This document shows, one piece after another, positions 20,701 to 29,288 of a stretch of 64,000 nt of DNA. Made by a program: the position numbers and the translations under genes. Below the pieces are notes generated by a model that saw only the letters and a program-made list of their open reading frames with translations, did not search any database and was not told where the DNA came from. Origin of the DNA: Cyanobacteriota bacterium (GTDB taxonomy: Bacteria; Cyanobacteriota; Cyanobacteriia; PCC-6307; Cyanobiaceae). Location: positions 32,001 through 96,000 of the forward strand of contig JBJOMY010000001.1 of the NCBI GenBank assembly GCA_046052125.1, read 5' to 3'. The stretch's first letter is position 1. The number at the start of each line of letters is the position of its first letter.

Positions 20701-21151
20701 GGCGCCCCAGGGAGTGGATCACGTGGATGGCCACGCCCCAGATCTGCACGTCGCCGCACTGATGCAGCTCCAGCGGTGGGTAGGCACTGTTGGCGGCCTC
20801 CAGCCGCAGCCGGCCCTGGTGACGGGCCAGGCGCTTGAGGGTGAAGGCGCCGTCGAGCACCGCCACCACCACCTGGCCGGGCCTGGCGTCCAGGCTGCGG
20901 TCCACCACCAGCAGGTCGCCGTCCTGGATGCCGGCCTCCACCATCGAATCGCCGCTCACCCGCAGGAAGAAGGTGCTGCTGGGGTGGCGGATCAGCGCCT
21001 CGTTGAGGTCGATGCCGACATCGATGTAGTCGTCGGCGGGGCTGGGAAACCCTGCGGCCACGGTGCTGGACGCCAACGGCAGCCGCAGGGGCGTGCGCTC
21101 CGCCCGCAGGGCGCCGATCAGCAGGCCGGAGGAATGCGGCAGCACAGGCAA
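20693..21151 (-). CDS. umuD: DNA polymerase V subunit UmuD (S24 autopeptidase)
   Basis: AAGFPSPADDY cleavage region, GDSM catalytic Ser, FTLKRL catalytic Lys; overlaps umuC. Confidence 0.95.
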   Translation of the reverse strand: MPVLPHSSGLLIGALRAERTPLRLPLASSTVAAGFPSPADDYIDVGIDLNEALIRHPSSTFFLRVSGDSMVEAGIQDGDLLVVDRSLDARPGQVVVAVLDGAFTLKRLARHQGRLRLEAANSAYPPLELHQCGDVQIWGVAIHVIHSLGRHG

Positions 21152-21170
21152 GACCAGACAGCTCGCCCGC

Positions 21171-21189
21171 AGGCTAGTTCAGGTGTACT
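21171..21189 (-). promoter_or_regulatory. Cyanobacterial LexA (SOS) box abutting the -10 of umuDC
   Basis: AGTTC-AGGT-GTACT at 21176-21189 is one mismatch from AGTAC-N4-GTACT. Minus-strand TAGCCT -10 at 21176-21171. Confidence 0.8.
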
Positions 21190-21214
21190 GGTTCGGGCGT
21201 GGCGTGCGCCGCGA

Positions 21215-21652
21215 TTACTCCTCTTCGTCGCCTTCTAGGAGCAGCTGCTGGAAGGCGGTGTACAGCTCCAGTTCTTCGGCGTTGGCAGGTGCGCGCCGCT
21301 GGCGGTTGGGCCGCAGTTCGTCGCTGGCGCCGCGGGGCTGCAGGCCAGCCGTTGGCGATTGAGCCTGGCTGGCTTGGCGCTGGATGGCCTGGCGTTGTTC
21401 GGCCTGCCGGGCCCGTTGTTGATCGGTTTCCGCTTGGCGCAGCCGATCGAGCAGGTGGGGCGGCACTCTGCCGTCCGGGCTCACCTGCATCAGCTCGCGG
21501 AACAGGGCCTGGGGATCGGTTTCCGTTTCCACCCGGTGGCGCTTCTGGCTGGCGGGAGCCGCTGCGGCTGCGGTCTCCGGCTTGGGCAAGGGCTTCGGCA
21601 GGCTGCGGCCGAGCTGCTGTAGGCGCTCAAGGCTGCGGGCGTCAAAACTCAT
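21215..21652 (-). CDS. Conserved hypothetical protein
   Basis: FDARSLERLQQLGR.LP, HRVETE.DP..LFRELM..SPDG.VPPHL and LY..F..LLLE motifs. Confidence 0.8.
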   Translation of the reverse strand: MSFDARSLERLQQLGRSLPKPLPKPETAAAAAPASQKRHRVETETDPQALFRELMQVSPDGRVPPHLLDRLRQAETDQQRARQAEQRQAIQRQASQAQSPTAGLQPRGASDELRPNRQRRAPANAEELELYTAFQQLLLEGDEEE

Positions 21653-21663
21653 GGCGTGGGGCG

Positions 21664-22170
21664 TCAGCCGCACTCCAGTGTGTCGCGGGTGTTGCGACCG
21701 GTGCTGGGGTTGGTGCCACTGGCACTGGCGCAGAGGGCTTTCAGCACATCGCCGCGGAAGGGCACGTTGGTGAAATCAGCCCCTTCGATCTGCACGTTGC
21801 TGAACTTGGTGTTGAAGGCGAAGGCGTTTTCCAGCACCGCATTGCGTAGGTCGGTGCCATCCAGCACGGCCGAATCCAGGGTGGCGTCGGTGAGATCGGT
21901 GCCGGAGAGGTCGGCATCCTGCAACTTGGCGCCGAACAGGCTGGCTCCGCGCAGATCGGCGCCGTGGAAGTCGGCATCGCGCAGGTTGGTGAGATTGAAG
22001 GTCACCCCGCGCAGGTCCGCGCCGGCAAAGTCGTGACCGATCAGCACCTGTTTGGCGTAGTCCATGGCGGCGTGGGCTGCGGGCGGCATCAGCAGCAGCG
22101 CCAGGGGCAGCAGCGCCGCCAGCACGGGCATCAACAGGCGTGAGGCCATCGGTTGCAGCAGGCGGCGCAT
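21664..22170 (-). CDS. Secreted/lumenal pentapeptide repeat protein
   Basis: Signal peptide ending AHA, A(D/N)Lxx repeats, C-terminal LC..A.GTNP.TGRNTRDTL.C. Confidence 0.92.
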   Translation of the reverse strand: MRRLLQPMASRLLMPVLAALLPLALLLMPPAAHAAMDYAKQVLIGHDFAGADLRGVTFNLTNLRDADFHGADLRGASLFGAKLQDADLSGTDLTDATLDSAVLDGTDLRNAVLENAFAFNTKFSNVQIEGADFTNVPFRGDVLKALCASASGTNPSTGRNTRDTLECG

Positions 22171-22311
22171 CGGAACGGAGGCGTGTCGGGCAACCCTAAG
22201 CAGGCTGTCGCGATCACCACCAACGCCGCAGAAGCGTTCCCCTAATCTCCGCCTCAATGCATCCCTGGATGCAGCTCCTTTGGTCACCGGATCGAACAGC
22301 GAGCGTTCGCG

Positions 22312-22542
22312 ATGGGCAATCCGATTGACAAAGACACCTTTCTGGCTCGAGCCCGGGCCCGTTTCGGCGATCGTTACGACTACGCCGAGATCGTTTACCG
22401 GAGTTTCAAATCGCCGATCAAGATCCGCTGCCGTGAGCATCCGGTGCGTCTGATCTCCATCACGCCGGAGCGGCATCTGGTGACCACCGGCGGCTGCAAA
22501 TACTGTCTGCGCGTGCTGCGGGGTCAGTTGCCAGGCGAGTGA
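22312..22542 (+). CDS. Stand-alone DUF723-like zinc-ribbon protein
   Basis: F...A...FGDRYDY..I.Y......I.I.C.EH......TP..HL....GC.YC pattern. Candidate -10 TAATCT at 22243. Confidence 0.7.
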   Translation: MGNPIDKDTFLARARARFGDRYDYAEIVYRSFKSPIKIRCREHPVRLISITPERHLVTTGGCKYCLRVLRGQLPGE

Positions 22543-22588
22543 GCGCACGGCGGGGGAATGCTCAGAGCCGGAGCTCGGCCCTGCGGCG

Positions 22589-22954
22589 ATGGCGATCAGC
22601 GCAACCCAGCGCAGCGGCAACTGGGCGGAACAACGGGCCTTGCGGCTGTTGCAGCAGAGCGGCTGGCGGCTCCTGGCTCGGCAGTGGCGTTGCCGCTGGG
22701 GTGAGCTGGATCTGCTGCTGCACAAGCCGCAGCGGCTGTTGCTGGTGGAGGTGAAAAGCCGGCGCCGCTGCGGCCCGGATGGCTGGGGTGCGGCCAGCTT
22801 TGATGCCGCCAAGCGGGCGCGGCTGGAAGCGGCTTACGACTGCTGGCTGGCGGCCCATCCCCGCTATCAGCGCTGCAGCCTGGAGCTGGTGCTGGCCCTG
22901 GTGCCTCAACCGCCGGCTACGGCGCCGGTGCGCTGGATCCGTTGGTGGGGGTAG
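22589..22954 (+). CDS. yraN: YraN family (UPF0102) endonuclease-fold protein
   Basis: G..AE..A...L...G, RWGELDL and VEVKSR motifs. Confidence 0.88.
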   Translation: MAISATQRSGNWAEQRALRLLQQSGWRLLARQWRCRWGELDLLLHKPQRLLLVEVKSRRRCGPDGWGAASFDAAKRARLEAAYDCWLAAHPRYQRCSLELVLALVPQPPATAPVRWIRWWG

Positions 22955-23228
22955 GGCTGCTGGGTGTTGGGCTGCTCGGTGTCGTCGTGTATTCCAGCGT
23001 GCAGATGTAGCGGTAGTTGCCGGTGCGCACATTCACCACCGTGCAGCGGGTGTTGGTCACCGTGGCGTTGGCGGGGAGTTGCTGTTGCGCCCGTTGGATG
23101 GCGTTGCTCTTCTCCCAGATTGATTCCGCTGTAATCGATCCGGCCAGGGCTGCGGGGCTGAGGGCGAGGCTCAGGGCAGCAGCAAGGGGAATCGCAGCAA
23201 GCCCGTGGGGCTGGGTTGGCAGCGGCAT
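22917..23228 (-). CDS. Small secreted 2-Cys hypothetical protein with a Thr/Pro/Ser tail
   Basis: Signal peptide ending ALA, two Cys, TPSSPTPSSPTPT tail. Confidence 0.7.
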   Translation of the reverse strand: MPLPTQPHGLAAIPLAAALSLALSPAALAGSITAESIWEKSNAIQRAQQQLPANATVTNTRCTVVNVRTGNYRYICTLEYTTTPSSPTPSSPTPTNGSSAPAP

Positions 23229-23315
23229 GGCGGTGTGGGCATCTGCCTCCGGTTTAGGAATGGTTTCCGCCGCCGGCCAGGGAGCAATCTGGAAACAGGC
23301 CTGTCGCTCGCATCG

Positions 23316-24128
23316 ATGACCTTCGCGGCCCACCGCACCCGCAAACGCTTCGGTCAGCACTGGCTCAAGGATGAGCGCGTGCTCGATCAGATCCTGGCAG
23401 CGGCGGAACTCAGCGGCGACGACACCGTGTTGGAGGTGGGTCCGGGCCGTGGAGCGCTCACCGAGCGTTTGCTGGCGTCGCCGGCTGCAGCCGTGCGGGC
23501 GGTTGAGCTGGATCGCGATCTGGTGGAAGGGCTGCGGGAGCGCTTCGCGGCGGATCCCCGCTTTGAACTCACCGAAGGGGATGTGCTGGCGGTGCCGCTG
23601 CCGGAGGCAGGCATCGTGGTGGCCAACATTCCGTACAACATCACCGGCCCATTGTTGGAGCGCCTGGTGGGCCGCCTGGATCGGCCGGTGGCCACCCCTT
23701 ATCGGCGACTGGTGCTGCTCATGCAGCAGGAGGTGGGCGAACGGATCCGCGCCCGTGCGGGCAGCAGTGCCTACTCAGCCCTGAGCGTGCGCATGCAGCT
23801 GCTCGCCCGCTGCCGCTCCGTGTGCCTGGTGCCGCCCCGCTGCTTCCAGCCGCCACCGAAAGTGATGAGTGAGGTGGTGGCGATCGATCCGCTGCCCCCC
23901 GAGCAACAGCTCGAGCCGGCCCTGGCCCGCACGGTGGAGAGCCTGCTGCGCCGCTGTTTCGCCGCCCGCCGCAAGATGCTGCGCAACACCCTGGCGGGGC
24001 TGCAGCCGCCGGAGCTGCTCGCCACGCTCACCGCCGAGGCCGGGATCGCCCTGGAGCAGCGGCCCCAGGAGGTGGCGCCGGCGGCCTGGGTGGCGCTGGC
24101 GACGGGTTTGAATCGGCTCACCGCCTAA
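23316..24128 (+). CDS. rsmA: 16S rRNA m6,2A1518/1519 dimethyltransferase
   Basis: RKRFGQHWL, LEVGPGRG, VANIPYNIT and F.PPPKV.S. Confidence 0.96.
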   Translation: MTFAAHRTRKRFGQHWLKDERVLDQILAAAELSGDDTVLEVGPGRGALTERLLASPAAAVRAVELDRDLVEGLRERFAADPRFELTEGDVLAVPLPEAGIVVANIPYNITGPLLERLVGRLDRPVATPYRRLVLLMQQEVGERIRARAGSSAYSALSVRMQLLARCRSVCLVPPRCFQPPPKVMSEVVAIDPLPPEQQLEPALARTVESLLRRCFAARRKMLRNTLAGLQPPELLATLTAEAGIALEQRPQEVAPAAWVALATGLNRLTA

Positions 24129-24137
24129 ACCCCTCGC

Positions 24138-25070
24138 ATGGCTGAGCTGCTGGTCAGCGCCCCCGCCAAGATCAACCTGCACCTGGAGGTGCTGGGGCTG
24201 CGGCTCGACGGCTTCCATGAGCTGGCGATGGTGATGCAGACCCTCGATCTCGCCGATCAGCTGCGGATCCGGCCCACGGCGGATGGTCGGATTGCCCTGC
24301 ACTGCAACCGCAGTGATCTGCCCACCGATGGCAGCAACCTGATCGTGAAGGCGGCTGAGCTGTTGAAGGCGCGGCTGGGGTTGCCGGAGCTGGGCGCATC
24401 GATTGAGCTGGATAAGCGCATCCCCATCGGTGCGGGCCTGGCGGGTGGATCCAGCAACGGTGCGGCGGCGCTGGTGGGCCTGAATGCCCTCTGGGGCGCG
24501 GGGTTCAGCCGCGACCAGCTGCTGGCGATGGCGGCTGAGCTGGGATCGGACATGCCCTTCTGCATCGATGGCGGCACGCAGCTCTGTTTTGGTCGTGGTG
24601 AAGTGCTGGAGCCAGCTGGGCTGGATTCACCGCCGGGCTTGAGCGTGCTGCTGATCAAACACCCTGAGGCCAGCGTGTCCACGCCGTGGGCCTATGGCCG
24701 CTGCCGTGACCTGCGCAGCGACTTTTATCTGAGTGCAGAAGCAGAGTTCGAGCAACGCCGCCAAGCCTTGCGCCAGGGATCGCTGTTGGCGGCTCTGCGC
24801 GGTGAGGTGCCCCTGCCGCAGCTGCGCAACGACCTGCAGGCGGTGGTGGAGCCGGAGGTGGCCAGCGTGCGTGAGGGCTTGGCGCTGTTGCGGCAGGCCG
24901 GCGATGCCCTGGTGGTGGCGATGAGCGGATCGGGCCCCAGCCTGTTTGCCCTGTTTGCCGATGTCTCGGCAGCGGATCGGGCCCGGCAGCAGCTGGCGCC
25001 GGCGCTGGAGCAGGCCGGTTTTGAGGCCTGGGTCTGCCGTTGCACAGGCTCCGGTGCCACCCTGGGCTGA
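24138..25070 (+). CDS. ispE: 4-diphosphocytidyl-2-C-methyl-D-erythritol kinase
   Basis: [23 protein letters not shown] and MSGSGP. Confidence 0.96.
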   Translation: MAELLVSAPAKINLHLEVLGLRLDGFHELAMVMQTLDLADQLRIRPTADGRIALHCNRSDLPTDGSNLIVKAAELLKARLGLPELGASIELDKRIPIGAGLAGGSSNGAAALVGLNALWGAGFSRDQLLAMAAELGSDMPFCIDGGTQLCFGRGEVLEPAGLDSPPGLSVLLIKHPEASVSTPWAYGRCRDLRSDFYLSAEAEFEQRRQALRQGSLLAALRGEVPLPQLRNDLQAVVEPEVASVREGLALLRQAGDALVVAMSGSGPSLFALFADVSAADRARQQLAPALEQAGFEAWVCRCTGSGATLG

Positions 25071-25089
25071 CGCCGAGTTGAGCCGATCC

Positions 25090-25452
25090 GTGAGCGAGCA
25101 GTCCGCCACCGAAAGCAGCAACAGCGAGATCAGCACGGAAGGCAGCAGCCCCAAAGACGGCAGCAGTCGGCGCCGCAAAGGGCCCCTCAGCTTTCTGAGC
25201 GGTTCGCTCACCAGCTTCGGGTTCGGCTGGCTGGCCCTGCAGTTAGCCCAGCGGGTGGTGGGGTACTACGCCGAGCATCCGCCCCACTACGACGCACGCT
25301 TCGCTCAGAGCATTGCGGTGTTCATGAAAACCCTGATCGTGGGCATGAGCTTTCTGGCCACTTTCACCTTTGCGTTCGTGGGGCTTGGCCTGTTTCTCAC
25401 GTTTATCCGCAGCTTGCTACCGGGTTGGAGCGAAGCCGAACAAACTCCCTAG
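25090..25452 (+). CDS. DUF3082-like membrane protein
   Basis: GTG 25090; KGPLSFLSG and TLIVG..FLATF.F motifs; two TM segments. Confidence 0.8.
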   Translation: MSEQSATESSNSEISTEGSSPKDGSSRRRKGPLSFLSGSLTSFGFGWLALQLAQRVVGYYAEHPPHYDARFAQSIAVFMKTLIVGMSFLATFTFAFVGLGLFLTFIRSLLPGWSEAEQTP

Positions 25453-25478
25453 CCTTCGGAGGCGCCATCTCGCCGTTG

Positions 25479-25574
25479 ATGACAGCCCACGACCTGCAGC
25501 TGCTGGTTCTGCTGCTTTCCCCGGGCATGCTCCTCTCGGTGCTGCTGCTGGTGACCTTTGCTGCGGGCGGCTGA
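25479..25574 (+). CDS. 31-aa single-helix membrane microprotein
   Basis: Manual translation MTAHDLQLLVLLLSPGMLLSVLLLVTFAAGG*. Coding-like G/C-ending codons; fills the gap before pdhB. Confidence 0.7.
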   Translation: MTAHDLQLLVLLLSPGMLLSVLLLVTFAAGG

Positions 25575-25621
25575 GATAAGTTGGCGCAGCGACCGGCCAG
25601 AGCCGGACTGAGTGCTCCGCT

Positions 25622-26605
25622 GTGGCAGAGACCCTGTTGTTCAACGCCCTGCGCGAAGCCATCGACGAGGAGATGGCCCGCGATCCCCACGTGTGCGTGA
25701 TGGGGGAGGACGTGGGTCAGTACGGCGGTTCCTACAAGGTCACCAAAGACCTCTACGACAAATACGGCGAACTGCGGGTGCTGGACACCCCGATCGCTGA
25801 GAACGCCTTCACCGGCATGGCCGTGGGCGCCGCGATGACGGGCCTGCGGCCGATCGTGGAAGGCATGAACATGGGCTTCCTGCTGCTGGCGTTCAACCAG
25901 ATCTCCAACAACATGGGGATGCTGCGCTACACCAGCGGCGGCAACTTCACGATCCCAGCTGTGGTGCGTGGTCCTGGTGGTGTGGGCCGCCAGCTCGGGG
26001 CGGAGCACAGCCAGCGCCTGGAGGCCTACTTCCACGCGGTGCCCGGCATCAAGATCGTGGCGGTGAGCACCCCCACCAATGCCAAGGGCCTGATGAAGGC
26101 CGCGATCCGCGACAACAACCCGGTGCTCTTCTTTGAGCACGTGCTGCTCTACAACCTCAGCGAGGAGATCCCGCAGGGCGATTACATCTGCGCGCTCGAC
26201 CAGGCCGATCTGGTGAAGGAGGGCAGCGACGTGACGATCCTCACCTACTCGCGCATGCGCCACCACTGCCTCAAGGCGGTGGAGCAGCTCGAGAAAGATG
26301 GCGTGAGCGTGGAGCTGATCGACCTGATCAGCCTCAAGCCCTTCGATATGGAGACCATCTCCCGCTCGATCCGCAAGACCCACAAGGTGCTGATCGTGGA
26401 GGAGTGCATGAAGACCGGTGGCATCGGCGCTGAGCTGATGGCCTTGATCACCGAGCAGTGCTTCGATGATCTCGATTGCCGGCCGGTGCGTCTGTCCTCT
26501 CAGGACATCCCTACCCCGTACAACGGCACCCTCGAGAACCTCACGATCATTCAGCCTCACCAGATCGTGGAAGCAGCGAAGGCGCTGAAGAGCGGCCAGG
26601 TCTGA
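25622..26605 (+). CDS. pdhB: Pyruvate dehydrogenase E1 beta subunit
   Basis: GEDVG.YGG, DTPIAE and GAEHSQ. Confidence 0.96.
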   Translation: MAETLLFNALREAIDEEMARDPHVCVMGEDVGQYGGSYKVTKDLYDKYGELRVLDTPIAENAFTGMAVGAAMTGLRPIVEGMNMGFLLLAFNQISNNMGMLRYTSGGNFTIPAVVRGPGGVGRQLGAEHSQRLEAYFHAVPGIKIVAVSTPTNAKGLMKAAIRDNNPVLFFEHVLLYNLSEEIPQGDYICALDQADLVKEGSDVTILTYSRMRHHCLKAVEQLEKDGVSVELIDLISLKPFDMETISRSIRKTHKVLIVEECMKTGGIGAELMALITEQCFDDLDCRPVRLSSQDIPTPYNGTLENLTIIQPHQIVEAAKALKSGQV

Positions 26606-26635
26606 TCCCCATTCCTTAACCCCCTCGCAACACCG

Positions 26636-28117
26636 ATGGCGCGTCAACAGGGGTGGTTTGCCCTGATCCTGGCTCTGGCGATCGCGGCTGGAGCCGTGTT
26701 GGCGAGCTTCCCCTTGCAGCTCGGTCTTGATCTCAAGGGCGGCAGCCAGCTCACCCTGCAGGTGCTGCCCGCCGGAGCGGTGAAGCAGGTGAAAAGCGAG
26801 CAGCTGGAAGCGGTGAAGGACGTGCTCGATCGCCGCATCAATGGTTTGGGCGTGGCTGAATCCACCCTCCAGACCGTGGGCGACGATCAACTGGTGCTGC
26901 AGCTGCCGGGCGAGCAGGACCCCAGCCGTGCCGCCAAGGTGCTCGGCACCACGGCTCTGCTCGAATTCCGCGCCCAGAAGCCGGGCACGGAGCAGGAGAT
27001 GACGGGTCTGCTCAAGCTCAAGCGCCAGGCCCAGGCTGTGCTGAACCAGAGCCGTCACAAGCAAGCCGAAGGCCAGCTCCAACCAGAGATCAAATCGGAA
27101 GAACTGGCCAAGGCGCTCGATCAGCTCGGCATCCAGGTGCCGGCGGGCAGCAGCGAAACTGAGCAGCTCGAGCAGCTGCTGGCGGAAGTGAACCGCCGCA
27201 TCGTTGAGCTGTATGAGCCCGCCCAGCTCACCGGTAAAGACCTCACCAGTGCAGGCCGTCAGCAGCAGCAAACCGGCAGCGGCTGGGATGTGACCCTGGC
27301 CTTCAACACCGAAGGCGGTCGCAAATTCGCCGAGCTCACCCAAGGCATCGCCGGCAGCGGCCGCCTGCTCGGGATCGTGCTGGATGGCCGCTCGATCAGC
27401 GAAGCCAGTGTGGGCCCCGAGTTCAAGCCGGCTGGGATCACTGGCGGCGCCGCCAGCATCACCGGCAACTTCACCGCCGAAGAAGCCCGCGATCTGGAGG
27501 TGCAGCTGCGCGGCGGTTCGCTGCCGTTGCCGGTGAAGCTGATTGAAGTCCGCACCGTGGGTCCCTCCCTTGGCGCTGAGAACATCCGCTCCAGCCTGAT
27601 CGCCGCCCTGTCAGGCCTGGCCCTGGTGGCGGTGTTCATGGTGGTGGTGTATCGCCTGCCCGGCTTTGTTTCGGTGTTGGCCCTCAGCCTGTATGCGCTG
27701 TTCAACCTGGCGATCTACGCGCTGATTCCAGTCACGCTCACCCTGCCGGGCATCGCTGGTTTCATCCTGTCGGTGGGTATGGCCGTGGATGCCAATGTGC
27801 TGATCTTTGAACGGGTGAAGGAGGAGCTGCGCAGCGGCAACACCTTGATTCGTTCGCTGGATACGGGCTTTTCACTGGCCCTTTCATCCATCGTCGATGG
27901 CCACGTCACTGGTCTGATCAGTTGTGCCGCCCTGTTTGCCCTCGGCACGGGCCTGGTGAAGGGCTTTGCCGTCACCCTGGCGATCGGCCTGGTGCTCAGC
28001 CTCTTTACGGCGCTCACCTGCACCCGCACGATCCTGCGCCTGGCAACCAGTTATCCCGGCCTGCGGCGCACCGCTTACTTCCTGCCTGCTGATCAGCTCC
28101 CCACCAGCGCCGCCTGA
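26636..28117 (+). CDS. secD: Protein translocase subunit SecD
   Basis: LGLDLKGG, VGPSLG, TLTLPGIAG and GMAVDANVLIFER. Confidence 0.96.
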   Translation: MARQQGWFALILALAIAAGAVLASFPLQLGLDLKGGSQLTLQVLPAGAVKQVKSEQLEAVKDVLDRRINGLGVAESTLQTVGDDQLVLQLPGEQDPSRAAKVLGTTALLEFRAQKPGTEQEMTGLLKLKRQAQAVLNQSRHKQAEGQLQPEIKSEELAKALDQLGIQVPAGSSETEQLEQLLAEVNRRIVELYEPAQLTGKDLTSAGRQQQQTGSGWDVTLAFNTEGGRKFAELTQGIAGSGRLLGIVLDGRSISEASVGPEFKPAGITGGAASITGNFTAEEARDLEVQLRGGSLPLPVKLIEVRTVGPSLGAENIRSSLIAALSGLALVAVFMVVVYRLPGFVSVLALSLYALFNLAIYALIPVTLTLPGIAGFILSVGMAVDANVLIFERVKEELRSGNTLIRSLDTGFSLALSSIVDGHVTGLISCAALFALGTGLVKGFAVTLAIGLVLSLFTALTCTRTILRLATSYPGLRRTAYFLPADQLPTSAA

Positions 28118-29079
28118 TGTCCACCACAACCCTTCCATCCCCTCGCTTTCGCATCAGCCGCTATCGCCGCCTCGCCTGGTGGGGATCCGGCTTGGCCTGT
28201 GTGCTGAGCGTTGTGGGCCTGCTGCTGTGCTGGCTGAATCCCAGCATCGGTGCGCCGCTGCGCCCAGGCCTGGATTTCACCGGTGGCACCCAGATCCAGC
28301 TGGAGCGGCAGTGCGGCGAGAGCTGCTCCAGCCTCACCTCCGCTGAGATTTCCGCCACGCTCGCCAAGCTCAGCCTGCCGGAGGCCGAGGGACAGGCCCC
28401 GCCCAACCTCAGTGCTGCCGGTGTGCAGGTGCTGGATCAGGGCCGGTCGCTGATGTTGCGCCTGCCCGATCTCAATCCGGATCAGGCCAGTGCTGTTGTT
28501 GCGGCTGTGCAGCAACAGGTGGGTGCGCTCAATCCGGCGGCCACCTCGGTGAACACGATCGGCCCAACCCTCGGGGATCAGTTGCTCAAGGGCAGCTTGA
28601 TCTCGCTGCTGGTGAGCTTCGCGGCCATCGCCGTTTACATCAGCTTTCGCTACGACCGGCTGTTCGCGGCCCTGGCGCTGCTTTGCCTGGCGCACGACGT
28701 GCTGATCACCTGCGGCGTGTTCGCCTGGCTCGGGATCCTCGCCGGGATTGAGGTGGATTCGTTGTTTGCGGTGTCGTTGATCACCGTGGCGGGCTACTCC
28801 GTGACCGACACGGTGGTGGTGTTTGACCGGATCCGAGAGCAGAAGACCGCTTTGCGCGACTTGCCCCTGAGCGAGCAGGTGGATGTGGCCGTTGATGCAA
28901 CACTCACGCGCTCCCTCTACACCTCCCTCACCACGCTCTTGCCTTTGGTGGCGTTGATCTTCTTTGGCGGCAGCACGTTGTTCTGGTTCGCTGTGGCCCT
29001 CACCGTGGGCATCGCTGTGGGCAGCTGGTCGAGCATCGGTATTGCTCCCACCCTGTTGCCAGTGCTGGCTCGGCGATGA
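28117..29079 (+). CDS. secF: Protein translocase subunit SecF
   Basis: GLDFTGG, HDV and GYSV.DTVVVFDRIRE. Confidence 0.96.
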   Translation: MSTTTLPSPRFRISRYRRLAWWGSGLACVLSVVGLLLCWLNPSIGAPLRPGLDFTGGTQIQLERQCGESCSSLTSAEISATLAKLSLPEAEGQAPPNLSAAGVQVLDQGRSLMLRLPDLNPDQASAVVAAVQQQVGALNPAATSVNTIGPTLGDQLLKGSLISLLVSFAAIAVYISFRYDRLFAALALLCLAHDVLITCGVFAWLGILAGIEVDSLFAVSLITVAGYSVTDTVVVFDRIREQKTALRDLPLSEQVDVAVDATLTRSLYTSLTTLLPLVALIFFGGSTLFWFAVALTVGIAVGSWSSIGIAPTLLPVLARR

Positions 29080-29282
29080 GGATTCCAGGCGGCCGGCGCC
29101 CGTTGCAGCTGCCTCTGGTTCCCATCCTTCTGGCGCTGCTGGCCCTCCTGGATTTGAGGGCCGAGCTGCAGCTGCTGGCTGATCACTTCACCTTCGCCAG
29201 CCTCGTTGAAATCCCTCGCCATCACCCGCTCGCGAGCGCGGTTCTGTTGTTTACGCCTTGGATGCTCCGGCGCACCCGCTGA
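29076..29282 (+). CDS. Small membrane hypothetical protein coupled to secF
   Basis: ATGA overlap with the secF stop; two hydrophobic segments around DLR.ELQLL.DHFT. Confidence 0.7.
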   Translation: MRIPGGRRPLQLPLVPILLALLALLDLRAELQLLADHFTFASLVEIPRHHPLASAVLLFTPWMLRRTR

Positions 29283-29288
29283 AGCTGA

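Noticed and set aside
19104..23228. Possible prophage or ICE remnant around umuDC
   Set aside because: No integrase, att repeats, tRNA or obvious compositional shift; the genes look chromosomal.
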